A stretch of DNA of 43,549 nt, from positions 1 to 43,549 of the IMG/VR virus record IMGVR_UViG_3300028901_000024; one strand, written 5' to 3'. A program made the position numbers and the translations under genes. Under the pieces are notes generated by a model. It made no database searches. It was not told the origin of the DNA and was given only the letters and a program-made list of their open reading frames with translations. This stretch comes from a virus. Positions within the stretch are counted from its first letter, which is position 1; each line of letters starts with the position of its first letter. Of the stretch, positions 34,601 through 43,236 are shown in pieces.

Positions 34601-37600
34601 GTAAGCGGGTCATGTTTATCGAGGAAGTGCAAAGCGACTGGCACCAAGCGGGACGGGATAAGGGGTATAAAGTTGAAGGGGCTAGAAGCGTAAATGATGT
34701 TCAGCGAGAAATAGACGCTCTCTTGACGGAGTTTCGCTCGCGCCCCGGTGTGGACTACGCGCCGACGGAGGAGCAATGGAACGCAAACCCTGACATTAAA
34801 GCCCGTTTTGAAGATTTAGCAAAGCAACGTCAACAGGCTATTAATCTCTCGGGCGTACCCGACGCCCCTTTCAAAACGTCATGGCCTGAGCTTGCTTTCA
34901 AGCGTGCGCTGATGTGGGCGGTAGAAAATAACTTCGACCGCGTGGCGTGGACGACCGGCGAGCAGCAGGCCGAGCGTTATGATTTGTCGAAACACATTAA
35001 TTCTATCGGGTACCAGAAACGTGGCGAACTCTATAATGTCACCGTATGGGATAAGCAGGACGCCAAGGTATTAAGTAACCAATCAGCCGACAAGCAATGG
35101 CTGGTGGATAACATCGGCAAAGAGATGGCCGATAAGATTGAGCAGGGTACAGGCCGCAAAGACGGACAGTTCACCTATCTCGAAGACTTGGATCTTAAAG
35201 TCGGCGGCGAAGGCATGAAGGGCTTTTACGATAAGATGTTGCCCTCGATGGTTAACAAGCTGGTAAAGAAGTGGGGCGGGAAAGTTGGTCAAACCAAGAT
35301 ACGTAGCGGTTACGGAGTGGAAGAGGAAATCCGCGCTCGCATTGATGTAGACGGTGAGGTTACCGTCGAATGGGGCAGCAATGAGCGCCATTTCAAGACA
35401 GAAGCCGAAGCAGATGCGTTCATCAAAGAACTCAAAAGTGCTGTACCGGTCCACTCTCTCGACATCACACCGGCGATGCGCGACTCTATCCAGCAGGGCT
35501 TGCCACTATTCCAAGGCACCGGCGACATGCGCGGCAGCTTCAACCCCAGCTCGAGCACCATTACCCTACTTAGAGCGGCCGATCTATCTACCTTCTTGCA
35601 CGAATCCGGCCACTTCTTCCTCGAGACCATGAACAAGATCGCTTTGCAGGAAAACGCACCACCGGAGATTAAAGCCGACATGGAAACGGTATTTAACTGG
35701 TTCGGCGTCAAAGACCTTGCTGCATGGAACGCGCTGACGCTCGAACAACAACGACCATTCCATGAACAATTTGCACGGGGGTTTGAGGCGTATCTTTTTG
35801 AGGGCAACGCCCCAAGTATTGAGATGCGCGGCGTATTCCAACGTTTCCGGGCATGGCTGCTTAATGTCTACCAGTCCATGAAGAACTTGAACGTGAAGCT
35901 GAACGACGATGTACGCGGCGTGTTCGACCGGATGCTCGCGAGCTCCGAGCAGATCAAAGAAACCGAACAGCTCAGACGCTTCGAGCAGATGTTCAAGGAC
36001 GCAAAAGAAGCTGGAATGAACGAAGCTGAGTGGAAAGAGTATCAGGCGCTCGCAAACCAAGCGACGCAAGATGCTATCTCAAACCTCGAAACCCGCTCGC
36101 TGCGTGACATGAAGTGGCTGAGCAACAAACGCAGCCGTGTGCTGCGTGACCTGCAACGCGATGCCCGCACCAAACGCAAAGCGGTACGGAAAGAAGTCTC
36201 AGACCAAGTGATGCAGGAGCCGGTATATCAGGCAAAGAATTTCCTTAAACGCCGCAAAGTAGTCGGCGAAGAGGCTGACGCTGTGGCCGAGATGTTCGGC
36301 TTCACATCCGGCGACCATCTGAACAAGGCGCTGGCTGAAGCCGAGAACATGAACGATAAGATCGAGGCGCTCACCGATCAACGCATGTTGGAACGTTACG
36401 GCGACCTCACCGACCCGACAACTATCGCCCGGGCTGCTGACGCGGCCGTACACAACGAAGCCCGCACACGGTTTATCGCAACCGAAATGAACGCGTTGCA
36501 GAAGGCCGTTGGTGGTCGTAAAATCCTTGCGTCGGCTGCTAAGGAGTACGCCCAGATCATCGTCAACCGTCTGCGTATCCGCGACCTCAAACCCACGCAA
36601 TACACCGCTGCGGAAGTAAGAGCGGCAAAAGCTTCTGAAAAGGCACGCGCTGAAGGCGACTTGCAGCGGGCAGCGGTCGAGAAGCGTAACCAGCTGATAC
36701 AGAACTACGCGACACGCGCGGCGTATGACGCACAAGCTGACATTGAGAAGGGTCTGCGTTACCTGCAGAAGTTCAGCAGCGAGAGCCGGCGTAAAAGTAT
36801 TGATACCGATTACCTCGACCAGATCGACGCGCTGCTCGACCGTTTCGACCTGCGCAAGAACGTTTCGCTTAAAGCGATCGACAAACGCAAATCGCTCGCT
36901 GCATGGGTCGCAGACCAAGAAGCTATGGGTTTAGAGCCGGAGATCGACCCGGCTATTCTCGACGAAGCCAACCGCAAACACTACAAGGATATGACGGTTG
37001 AAGAGATGCGCGGGCTACTCGATACTGTTCGCCAGATCGAGCACCTCGGCCGGTTGAAGAACAAACTGCTGACCGCTAAAGATAACCGGGATTTCGCAAC
37101 GACCGTTGAGCGTTTGGTTCAGTCCATCGAAGCTGAAGCCGGGGGTAAGGTCGCCAACAACCAGACCCGGGCGAATAACACTGATCGAGCTATCCGATTG
37201 TTCAAAGGTTTCCTTGCTTCCCACCGGAAGGTGTCAAGCCTCGTGCGCGAGCTGGATGGTTTCAAAGACGGCGGGCCAATGTGGGAAACCTTCGTGCGCA
37301 CCATGAATGAAGCGGGCGACCGCGAAGCGTCCATGCGCGAGGAAGCAACCAAGAACCTAGCCGGTATCGTCACACCGGTTGTTAAGGCCGGTAAAATGGG
37401 TGGGAAGGGAATTTACTTCGACACTATTGGTCGCAGTTTGAACCGCGAGGAACGTATCGGCATAGCCCTCAACATGGGTAACCTCGGTAACTACCAGCGC
37501 CTGTTAGACGGCGAAGGTTGGACGCCGCAACAGATCGCACCGGTGCTTGATAGCCTGACAAAAGAGGACTGGGATTTTGCACAAAAGGTCTGGGATTTCT

Positions 37601-39120
37601 TTGAGACATATCGGCCGCAGATTGCAGCAAAAGAAAAAAGAATTTACGGCAAAGAGCCGAACTGGGTCGAGCCTCACCCTGTCACCACTAAGTTTGGCGA
37701 ATACCGAGGAGGTTACTATCCTATCAAGTACGATAGCCGTCGTAGTGCTGCAGCAGAGCAGTTCAATGATGCCGAGACAGCAAAACAGCAGCTACGTGGC
37801 GCTTTCACCAGCTCGACCACACGTCGCAGCTTTACCAAGGCGCGTGCCGACGAGGTAAAGAATCGTCCGTTGCTTTACTCGCTCGATGGCCTTTTCCAAG
37901 GTGTCAACGAGGTTATCCACGATTTATCGTGGCATGAGTGGTTGATCGACGCTAACCGCCTGATGCGCAGCCGTTCGCTCGACAACGCCATCCGGTCACG
38001 TTACGGCGCCGAGGTTGTCGGTCAGTTCAAGTCCGCGATCACCGATATCGCAGCCGGTGAGATGCCCGCCAACGACGCGTTGGAGAAAGTGCTTGGCTCT
38101 TTGCGTACAGGCTCGATGGTTGCGAGCATGGGCTTTAACATCATGAACTCCATCATCAACACCACCGGCGTCACGCAGTCTATGGTGCGTATCGGTCCGA
38201 AGTGGGTCGCGATGGGGGTTGGTGAATGGGCGCGTAACCCGCGTGCGTTAGCACGAACGATACACGAGAAATCAGAATTTATGCGCTTGCGTTCGCAGAC
38301 TCAGCTGCGCGAGATAAACGAAATACGAAGCAGGGTGCAAGGCAAGACCGAGACGCGTGCTGCAGTTGACCGTGCCATGTTCTTCCCGTTAGCACTCACC
38401 CAGCTCGCAGTCGACACCCCAACATGGTGGGGTGCTTACCAGAAGGCGCTTGTCGATGGTAACGAAGACGCGCGTGCTGTGGCTCTGGCAGACCAAGCGG
38501 TGTTGGACTCACAAAGCGGCGGGCAGATCAAAGACCTCGCAGCTATCCAGCGCGGCGGTCCCGTTCGCAAACTGCTCACCACCTTCTATGGTTACTTCTC
38601 GTCCACGTACAACCTGTCGGTCGAAGCTGCAAAAAAGACAGACTTCAAAGACCCTCTGTCCGTGATGCGTTTAGGTGGCGATTACCTGTTGCTTTACAGC
38701 ATACCGGCTGCGCTGGGCACGCTCCTTAAAGCTGCGCTTACCGGTGGGGATGACTGGGACGACCCGGAAAAGTTGGCAAAGAAACTGGCTAACGATCAGA
38801 TAAGCTACATGCTCGGTACGGTGGTGGGGCTTCGTGAAGTGACCGGTGCGGTACAAAAAGCTGTTGGCGTCCAGCAGTTCGACTCTGCATACGGAGGCCC
38901 CGCCGGGTTGCGGTTCTTCCAAGAAATAGACAAGCTCGGCCAGCAGGTAGGCCAAGGTGAGCTCGACAGGGCGTTGATGCGTTCTGTCATCAACGTTGCC
39001 GGCGTCACCATGCACCTGCCATCAACGCAGATTAACCGCACAATAGACGGTATCGCCGCGCTCTCGGACGGTCGCACAAACAACCCACTCACACTGCTTA
39101 CCGGAGCTCCGCCGAAATAG
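31606..39120 (+). CDS. Giant (2504 aa) internal virion/ejection polyvalent protein with an ART-like block and an HExxH zincin motif
   Basis: One uninterrupted ORF whose start overlaps the upstream stop (TAATG). VFHGSPYKFSKFTLDHIGKGEGAQAYGWGLYFT...YNFVIFDDSAVDVL covers aa 576-787. FLHESGHFFLE is the HExxH motif (aa 1332-1336, nt 35599-35613). Hydrophobic helices lie near the C-terminus. Confidence 0.9.
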   Translation: MADDFDLNTAVDSYLSTKAPGEPLAQDSMRSSLSVAVKTNPDAQAEAQRVARRTGVPVDTVLAQPDEMKKKALLGDIDFDAYAKAYPASADLLSDVDFAKFAHDDIDNMGQIEGAFGTLKAAHGPKPSTGSTAYGLFSALGTGAELTKQGIRAQFADALGWSSLSADAQLMAERARFRQFLVDPAFESSTAQGLYSGGRSFVQMLPGLVGSIATRKPNVALVAAGLQTETDSYTKYRARGASPEEAVIGSLGEGAIEVATEKLPMGFLVDKLGKVGAGEFIKGFLGRELAGEELATVMQDAIDTAVANPDKTWGEYFAERPEAAYQTALATLVPSALFGGANELVYRLNGEYEKAARADANAKAFEQLNQLAAASKIKQRDPENFKRFIDAANENGVVQDVYIDLNELSQSGIDINALAQASPSAALQIPNALTSGTDVRIPVSEFATALAGTELGQSLVDHLRTDPEGMSRKQAAEFLQTQGDQLQSEVEKVLADKQGDDTFKASRDKVYDNVLGQLGEANRFTADVNAPYASLMANFYSVQAARLGMTPEELFIQHPVKIQAEATTGPQLDQSVFHGSPYKFSKFTLDHIGKGEGAQAYGWGLYFTTNKDIAEFYRQSTTQKGIDTELLRSSLGQSLAPVAQSDPARAIKELESYLAREDLDPAERENAEYDLGVIDQADTGAGQVYQVEIPNDDVLLQWDKPLADQPQSVKDALGVAETSSKTIVGGQYYRQLQNALGSPEKASRYLNSLGIRGLKYPADMQKGKRGENGYNFVIFDDSAVDVLSTFYQSPTENKPEFYSALQRNLESLNQPKGSPEQWAGIIKNLTNKGVKQEEIDWTGVLDWLKEQKGSVTKEQVLDYLRATAIRVEEVLKQPQISQEDEDLLAELEDRPADVMGPLAAGGETKFEKYTLPGGENYRELLMTLPENTNGRPRATARELAELAGDNWEELGPNARQRYEDQSKARGTTGNYKSAHYDEPNILAHIRFNERRDADGKRVMFIEEVQSDWHQAGRDKGYKVEGARSVNDVQREIDALLTEFRSRPGVDYAPTEEQWNANPDIKARFEDLAKQRQQAINLSGVPDAPFKTSWPELAFKRALMWAVENNFDRVAWTTGEQQAERYDLSKHINSIGYQKRGELYNVTVWDKQDAKVLSNQSADKQWLVDNIGKEMADKIEQGTGRKDGQFTYLEDLDLKVGGEGMKGFYDKMLPSMVNKLVKKWGGKVGQTKIRSGYGVEEEIRARIDVDGEVTVEWGSNERHFKTEAEADAFIKELKSAVPVHSLDITPAMRDSIQQGLPLFQGTGDMRGSFNPSSSTITLLRAADLSTFLHESGHFFLETMNKIALQENAPPEIKADMETVFNWFGVKDLAAWNALTLEQQRPFHEQFARGFEAYLFEGNAPSIEMRGVFQRFRAWLLNVYQSMKNLNVKLNDDVRGVFDRMLASSEQIKETEQLRRFEQMFKDAKEAGMNEAEWKEYQALANQATQDAISNLETRSLRDMKWLSNKRSRVLRDLQRDARTKRKAVRKEVSDQVMQEPVYQAKNFLKRRKVVGEEADAVAEMFGFTSGDHLNKALAEAENMNDKIEALTDQRMLERYGDLTDPTTIARAADAAVHNEARTRFIATEMNALQKAVGGRKILASAAKEYAQIIVNRLRIRDLKPTQYTAAEVRAAKASEKARAEGDLQRAAVEKRNQLIQNYATRAAYDAQADIEKGLRYLQKFSSESRRKSIDTDYLDQIDALLDRFDLRKNVSLKAIDKRKSLAAWVADQEAMGLEPEIDPAILDEANRKHYKDMTVEEMRGLLDTVRQIEHLGRLKNKLLTAKDNRDFATTVERLVQSIEAEAGGKVANNQTRANNTDRAIRLFKGFLASHRKVSSLVRELDGFKDGGPMWETFVRTMNEAGDREASMREEATKNLAGIVTPVVKAGKMGGKGIYFDTIGRSLNREERIGIALNMGNLGNYQRLLDGEGWTPQQIAPVLDSLTKEDWDFAQKVWDFFETYRPQIAAKEKRIYGKEPNWVEPHPVTTKFGEYRGGYYPIKYDSRRSAAAEQFNDAETAKQQLRGAFTSSTTRRSFTKARADEVKNRPLLYSLDGLFQGVNEVIHDLSWHEWLIDANRLMRSRSLDNAIRSRYGAEVVGQFKSAITDIAAGEMPANDALEKVLGSLRTGSMVASMGFNIMNSIINTTGVTQSMVRIGPKWVAMGVGEWARNPRALARTIHEKSEFMRLRSQTQLREINEIRSRVQGKTETRAAVDRAMFFPLALTQLAVDTPTWWGAYQKALVDGNEDARAVALADQAVLDSQSGGQIKDLAAIQRGGPVRKLLTTFYGYFSSTYNLSVEAAKKTDFKDPLSVMRLGGDYLLLYSIPAALGTLLKAALTGGDDWDDPEKLAKKLANDQISYMLGTVVGLREVTGAVQKAVGVQQFDSAYGGPAGLRFFQEIDKLGQQVGQGELDRALMRSVINVAGVTMHLPSTQINRTIDGIAALSDGRTNNPLTLLTGAPPK

Positions 39121-39179
39121 TTTCGGGTGTGCGTACTCTGTGAGCTTTCGGTCATGATTGCTTACACGAGGGACTCCGC

Positions 39180-40982
39180 ATGACCATTAACACCGATAAC
39201 CGTTTAGCAGGGCCGTTCAACGGAAACGGGGTTCAGACCGTATTTCCGTTCACGTTCAAGGCTTTTGCCGACACCGACTTCGACGGTAAAGTCGTGCTCA
39301 AAGACGCGAGCGGCGTCGAGACCATACAGACCCGCACCTCGCAGTACACGATAGCCCTTAACGCTGACCAGAACGTATCCCCCGGCGGCAACCTCACAAT
39401 GGTCACTGCGCCCCCGACCGGTACAACACTCACCTTCACGACCAACGTACCGAACACGCAGAAAACAAACATCACCAACACCGGTGGGTTCTTCGCGCAG
39501 GTTGTAACCACTGCGCTTGACAAGTTGACAATCCTTATTCAGCAGCTCGCAGGTCGGGTAGACCGCTCGATCAAGATACCGCTCTCAGATGGCACCAGCG
39601 TAACTACAGAACTCCCAACCAAGACCGCACGTGCCAACTCTACGTTGGGCTTCGATGCGAACGGCGATCTAATCGTAGGTGCAGTATCAACGGCAAACGT
39701 AAGTACAGCGATGCAACCTGTACTGGCCGCTTCCACCCTATCTCTCGCACGTGCGGCACTGGGTGCGACGTCTGTCGGAGACAGCCTGTTTACAGCGGCA
39801 AGCGCGAGCACTGCATTGACGTTACTTGGGTTCTCGGCTTTTACACAGACGCTCGCACCGGCTGCTAATGCTGCGGCGTTCCGTTCACTCATCGGGGCGC
39901 AGGCGGCGGGTAGCTACGCCGCGTCTGGCGCTAACGGTGACATCACCTCCATGACGGCGCTTGCTTCCATGAACGGGGGGCAGCTGGCAGGTTTCCGCAA
40001 CTTTATCATCAACGGCGGATTCGACGTATGGCAACGCGGCACCACTTACTCCCTCGCAACGAGCGCGGTGGTAGGGTCTGCCGATAGATGGGCGGTACAA
40101 GGTGGTGCAGCCGCCGGCATATTTAACAGAGACACCTCTGTCAGCGCAGGTAGCGGATTCACCTACAACGCAAAGATGGGGCGCAATAACGGTTCTTCGT
40201 CCACCACTCAGATATTGGCGCTACAGGCTTTAGAAACCATAAACTCAGTGCCGCTTGCGGGTAAAACGGTAACGCTATCTTTCCTTGCGAAACGTGGCGC
40301 CAACTTCTCTGGTGCAAGCAACAACCTTAACGTTACACTTTATGTCGGTACTGGCGCGGACCAGTCTGCGCAAAATGCCATTAACGGTTCTTGGACGGGG
40401 CAGTCCTTGGTCATCAGCTCAACCGCAGCACTCACTACATCTTTCCAGCAATTCACGTACACAGCAACGGTGCCTTCTAACACCACGCAGCTCGCGGTGC
40501 AGTTAGGTTATACACCTTCCGGTACCGCTGGCGCTGACGATAACGTCTACTTCACTGGCGTACAACTAGAGATCGGTTCAGTAGCAACGCCGTTTGAAAA
40601 TATAGGTTTTGACAATACTCTGAAGCGTTGCGAACGCTACTATGAGAAAGGCTTTGATTATGCGACTGCACCCGCCGACGGGTCGGCCAGTTTTTGGAAC
40701 GGTGGTTCCAACGGCGTGTTAGCTTATGTCGCGAATAACCTACGTACACCTGCAGTGCAGTTTAGAACAAAGAAACGCGCTACACCGACAATTACACTGT
40801 ATCGCCCGGGAACTACTGCCACGGCTGGCGCTTTAGCTTTTTACAACGGTTCTTGGACAGCCATGACCGGCGCTTCAATTTCTACAAACCAAGATACATT
40901 CACGGTTTATTCTACAGCAACTTCCACAGCAAATCAGGTCTATATGTTTGATGGTGGTTGGGCTGCATCAGCGGAGTTGTGA
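39180..40982 (+). CDS. Tail fibre / receptor-binding protein
   Basis: The N-terminus is [21 protein letters not shown]. The C-terminal jelly-roll-type motifs are [27 protein letters not shown] and [11 protein letters not shown] (recollection of fibre families). Confidence 0.85.
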   Translation: MTINTDNRLAGPFNGNGVQTVFPFTFKAFADTDFDGKVVLKDASGVETIQTRTSQYTIALNADQNVSPGGNLTMVTAPPTGTTLTFTTNVPNTQKTNITNTGGFFAQVVTTALDKLTILIQQLAGRVDRSIKIPLSDGTSVTTELPTKTARANSTLGFDANGDLIVGAVSTANVSTAMQPVLAASTLSLARAALGATSVGDSLFTAASASTALTLLGFSAFTQTLAPAANAAAFRSLIGAQAAGSYAASGANGDITSMTALASMNGGQLAGFRNFIINGGFDVWQRGTTYSLATSAVVGSADRWAVQGGAAAGIFNRDTSVSAGSGFTYNAKMGRNNGSSSTTQILALQALETINSVPLAGKTVTLSFLAKRGANFSGASNNLNVTLYVGTGADQSAQNAINGSWTGQSLVISSTAALTTSFQQFTYTATVPSNTTQLAVQLGYTPSGTAGADDNVYFTGVQLEIGSVATPFENIGFDNTLKRCERYYEKGFDYATAPADGSASFWNGGSNGVLAYVANNLRTPAVQFRTKKRATPTITLYRPGTTATAGALAFYNGSWTAMTGASISTNQDTFTVYSTATSTANQVYMFDGGWAASAEL

Positions 40983-40984
40983 CC

Positions 40985-41128
40985 ATGTACAGGCTAACTA
41001 GCAACCCAGACTGCATATTGCGCTTAAACGATAACGCGTTCATTCCGGCAGACGAAGCAAACACCGATTACAAAAAATACCTAGAATGGCTCGCGGAAGG
41101 CAACACACCGGAGCCGGCGGATGCTTAG
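40985..41128 (+). CDS. Small conserved protein (47 aa), not in the ORF track
   Basis: My translation is [47 protein letters not shown]. The IP.D..N.DY..Y..W...GN.P.P motif recurs downstream of fibre genes (recollection). The ATG lies 2 nt after the fibre stop. Confidence 0.55.
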   Translation: MYRLTSNPDCILRLNDNAFIPADEANTDYKKYLEWLAEGNTPEPADA

Positions 41129-41618
41129 GCGTTGTCTCTTATCTTTCCTGATTTTCGCGTTGGTATGTGTACCGGCGATCATCGTCTCAGTTCCCGTTGT
41201 CTCGGTGCTGCTGCTAACCCGCTGGGACGGTCGCAGCACTATTTTTGGGAACGCGAAATGGGGTAGGGCAAATAATCATTTCGCGTACCCCACAAAGGGA
41301 TACTGGCAGGAATGGCTGTGGCTTGTGTGGCGCAACCCGGTCAATAACCTGCACACGAAGTACCTCGCCGTGGGGGCGTTACCTTACGTTATTAGCGGGG
41401 ACGAAGATATCGGAGATAAAATCGCCGGTGGGTTTTACGAAGTTCTACGCCTGAAACGTCCGCGTTTTTGGGAATACTATTGGATTAAACCTTACACGGT
41501 GTTCGGCTCTCGCCGTTGTATTCGTGTGCGCATCGGTTGGAAGATACATAAAAGCGCCGAAGACAAGGCCGCGTTTGTATTTACGGTAAACCCTTTCAAA
41601 CTATACTCAGGAACTTAA
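41121..41618 (+). CDS. Membrane-anchored protein of unknown function (165 aa)
   Basis: The N-terminal hydrophobic region is [27 protein letters not shown], followed by a Trp-rich domain. Its start overlaps the 47-aa ORF by 8 nt. Confidence 0.7.
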   Translation: MLRRCLLSFLIFALVCVPAIIVSVPVVSVLLLTRWDGRSTIFGNAKWGRANNHFAYPTKGYWQEWLWLVWRNPVNNLHTKYLAVGALPYVISGDEDIGDKIAGGFYEVLRLKRPRFWEYYWIKPYTVFGSRRCIRVRIGWKIHKSAEDKAAFVFTVNPFKLYSGT

Positions 41619-41622
41619 CACC

Positions 41623-41865
41623 ATGCGGAAGAGGAAGACCACCGAGCCTTGGCACATATCTCGTTCGGTGCCGATTGTTTTTATCCTTGCCGTTATCATG
41701 CAGACCTCGGCGATTATCTGGGGCGCGGCAAAACTCGATACGCGCGTACAGTCAATAGAGGACTGGATTAAGAACAACTCGCAGACGCAGGTCAACCTCG
41801 CACGGCACGAGCAGGCAGTACAGGCTCTTGATGTGCGCCTGAGCCGTGTTGAGCTTAGGAAATGA
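41623..41865 (+). CDS. Holin/antiholin candidate (1 TM plus coiled coil)
   Basis: It has a basic N-terminus, the TM segment SVPIVFILAVIMQTSAIIWGAA, and an ATGA overlap with the endolysin gene. Confidence 0.55.
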   Translation: MRKRKTTEPWHISRSVPIVFILAVIMQTSAIIWGAAKLDTRVQSIEDWIKNNSQTQVNLARHEQAVQALDVRLSRVELRK

Positions 41866-42323
41866 TCAGCGCCAACCTCAAAGCGTTTCTGGATATGATC
41901 GCTTCCAGCGAGATAGGGCCAGATTTATTGGCCGTTTCCGATAACGGCTATAATGTGCTGGTGGGCTCTACTCCTTCAAAACCGCTTTTATTCACAAGCT
42001 ACGCCGATCACCCAAGAGTCTACAATAAAGCGATGAAGTCCACTGCCGCAGGCCGGTATCAGCTTTTAAAACGGTACTACGATGCGTACAAGAAACAACT
42101 CAACCTACCTGACTTCTCGCCAGCGTCGCAGGATGCGATAGCGATACAGCAGATCAGGGAGCGCAACGCGATTCCCGACATCGAAGCCGGTATGTTCGAC
42201 CAAGCTGTCTTACGGTGCAAAAACATCTGGGCAAGCTTTCCCGGTGCAGGCTATGGGCAACATGAAAACAATATAGAACGTCTGCGCGAAGCATACCTGC
42301 AAGCAGGAGGCACTATCGTATGA
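41862..42323 (+). CDS. Endolysin, lambda R-like lytic transglycosylase (GH104)
   Basis: It aligns by eye with lambda R: KAFLDMIASSE (catalytic Glu), AGRYQLLKRYYDAYKKQLNLPDFSPASQDAIAIQQIRERNA and NIWASFPGAGYGQ. Confidence 0.92.
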   Translation: MISANLKAFLDMIASSEIGPDLLAVSDNGYNVLVGSTPSKPLLFTSYADHPRVYNKAMKSTAAGRYQLLKRYYDAYKKQLNLPDFSPASQDAIAIQQIRERNAIPDIEAGMFDQAVLRCKNIWASFPGAGYGQHENNIERLREAYLQAGGTIV

Positions 42324-42562
42324 TCACCCTCGGCAAATACCAAGTGTGCGTACTCGATCTTCTTACAGATGAAAAGAGCGGTCGTTTGTCTGCAACTAAA
42401 ATCTGGATGCACGTATCGAACGCCGTGATGACAAAGGTCGTACTCACCCACCCCAGCCTGAGCTGGGATTTATTTACTGCTTACGGCGCTATCGTCGGTA
42501 GCAGTCACGTAGCAATCTATTGGCTGAAGAGGAAGTATGCCGATTCTAAGCCTGTTGATTAA
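42320..42562 (+). CDS. Holin candidate (two hydrophobic segments)
   Basis: ATGA overlap with the endolysin gene. The hydrophobic segment is WDLFTAYGAIVGSSHVAIYWL, with a basic C-terminus. Confidence 0.55.
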   Translation: MITLGKYQVCVLDLLTDEKSGRLSATKIWMHVSNAVMTKVVLTHPSLSWDLFTAYGAIVGSSHVAIYWLKRKYADSKPVD

Positions 42563-42995
42563 ATACTGGCAGCCGATTCTAGCGGCAATTGTTACAGCAC
42601 TACTTGCGTTGGGCGCTCATAAACTAGACGTCTATCGCATCAATGAGCTGCACAAATCGGCGCTCAAAGCGCAGGCTGAGGCTCTAATCGAACAGTGCGA
42701 GAAAGACAAGAAACTCACAACGGAGGTATCCCGTGACTACCAGAACAACATTGCTAACCTTAATCGTAAGCTCGCTGATGCTAAGCGGATGCGAGCCAGC
42801 GCCGAAACTTGCGTGTCAATTACCGGAACCACCGGCGGACGTGATGCAGCCAAGGAAGACACCGGACTTCGTGGAACGCATGGGGTTGCTGCTGAATCTC
42901 TCTTCGACTTCTCAGGCGACGCCGAGCAGGTAGGATTGCAGCTCGATGCGTGCCAAGCTTTCATAAAGAAAACGTGGGCCGCGCGCGGGCGATAA
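42537..42995 (+). CDS. i-spanin (Rz-like)
   Basis: The N-terminal TM is YWQPILAAIVTALLALGA, followed by a coiled-coil periplasmic domain. It contains the embedded o-spanin ORF. Confidence 0.8.
   Translation: MPILSLLIKYWQPILAAIVTALLALGAHKLDVYRINELHKSALKAQAEALIEQCEKDKKLTTEVSRDYQNNIANLNRKLADAKRMRASAETCVSITGTTGGRDAAKEDTGLRGTHGVAAESLFDFSGDAEQVGLQLDACQAFIKKTWAARGR
42733..42933 (+). CDS. o-spanin (Rz1-like lipoprotein) embedded in the +1 frame of the i-spanin gene
   Basis: The GTG start lies 6 nt after GGAGG. It has the lipobox LMLSGC and a Pro-rich mature part. It lies entirely within 42537-42995. Confidence 0.8.
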   Translation: MTTRTTLLTLIVSSLMLSGCEPAPKLACQLPEPPADVMQPRKTPDFVERMGLLLNLSSTSQATPSR

Positions 42996-43008
42996 GTGTA
43001 CTATTGAG
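42996..43008 (+). promoter_or_regulatory. Arm-type integrase site candidate (GTGTACTATTGAG)
   Basis: One of four GTGTACTAT copies flanking the tRNA-fragment core. Confidence 0.5.
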
Positions 43009-43057
43009 AAAAACGAAACCCGCAGAAAACCTTGTGTTTCCGGTTGGTGCTCAAAAA

Positions 43058-43070
43058 TTCTATAGTACAC
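43058..43070 (-). promoter_or_regulatory. Arm-type integrase site candidate (GTGTACTATAGAA, inverted)
   Basis: The plus strand reads TTCTATAGTACAC, the exact reverse complement of 43206-43218. Confidence 0.5.
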
Positions 43071-43132
43071 CCTACACCGGTTAACATCCTGAGCTGTCTG
43101 ACATTTAGCAGTAAAGCCAACCACACTGGGGG

Positions 43133-43170
<38 letters not shown>

Positions 43171-43205
43171 CTCAGAGCCAGTTTCCGAAGGCTCGAAAAG
43201 TTTGA

Positions 43206-43218
43206 GTGTACTATAGAA
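43206..43218 (+). promoter_or_regulatory. Arm-type integrase site candidate (GTGTACTATAGAA)
   Basis: A direct copy lying 36 nt right of the core. Confidence 0.5.
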
Positions 43219-43224
43219 CTGAAA

Positions 43225-43236
43225 GTGTACTATTAG
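43225..43236 (+). promoter_or_regulatory. Arm-type integrase site candidate (GTGTACTATTAG)
   Basis: A direct copy 7 nt after the previous one. It overlaps the lipoprotein stop codon. Confidence 0.5.

Noticed and set aside
39180-41130. Diversity-generating retroelement (expected by analogy with BPP-1-like phages) near the tail fibre gene
   Set aside because: No reverse-transcriptase ORF exists anywhere in the window, and I found no template/variable repeat pair at or downstream of the fibre 3' end.
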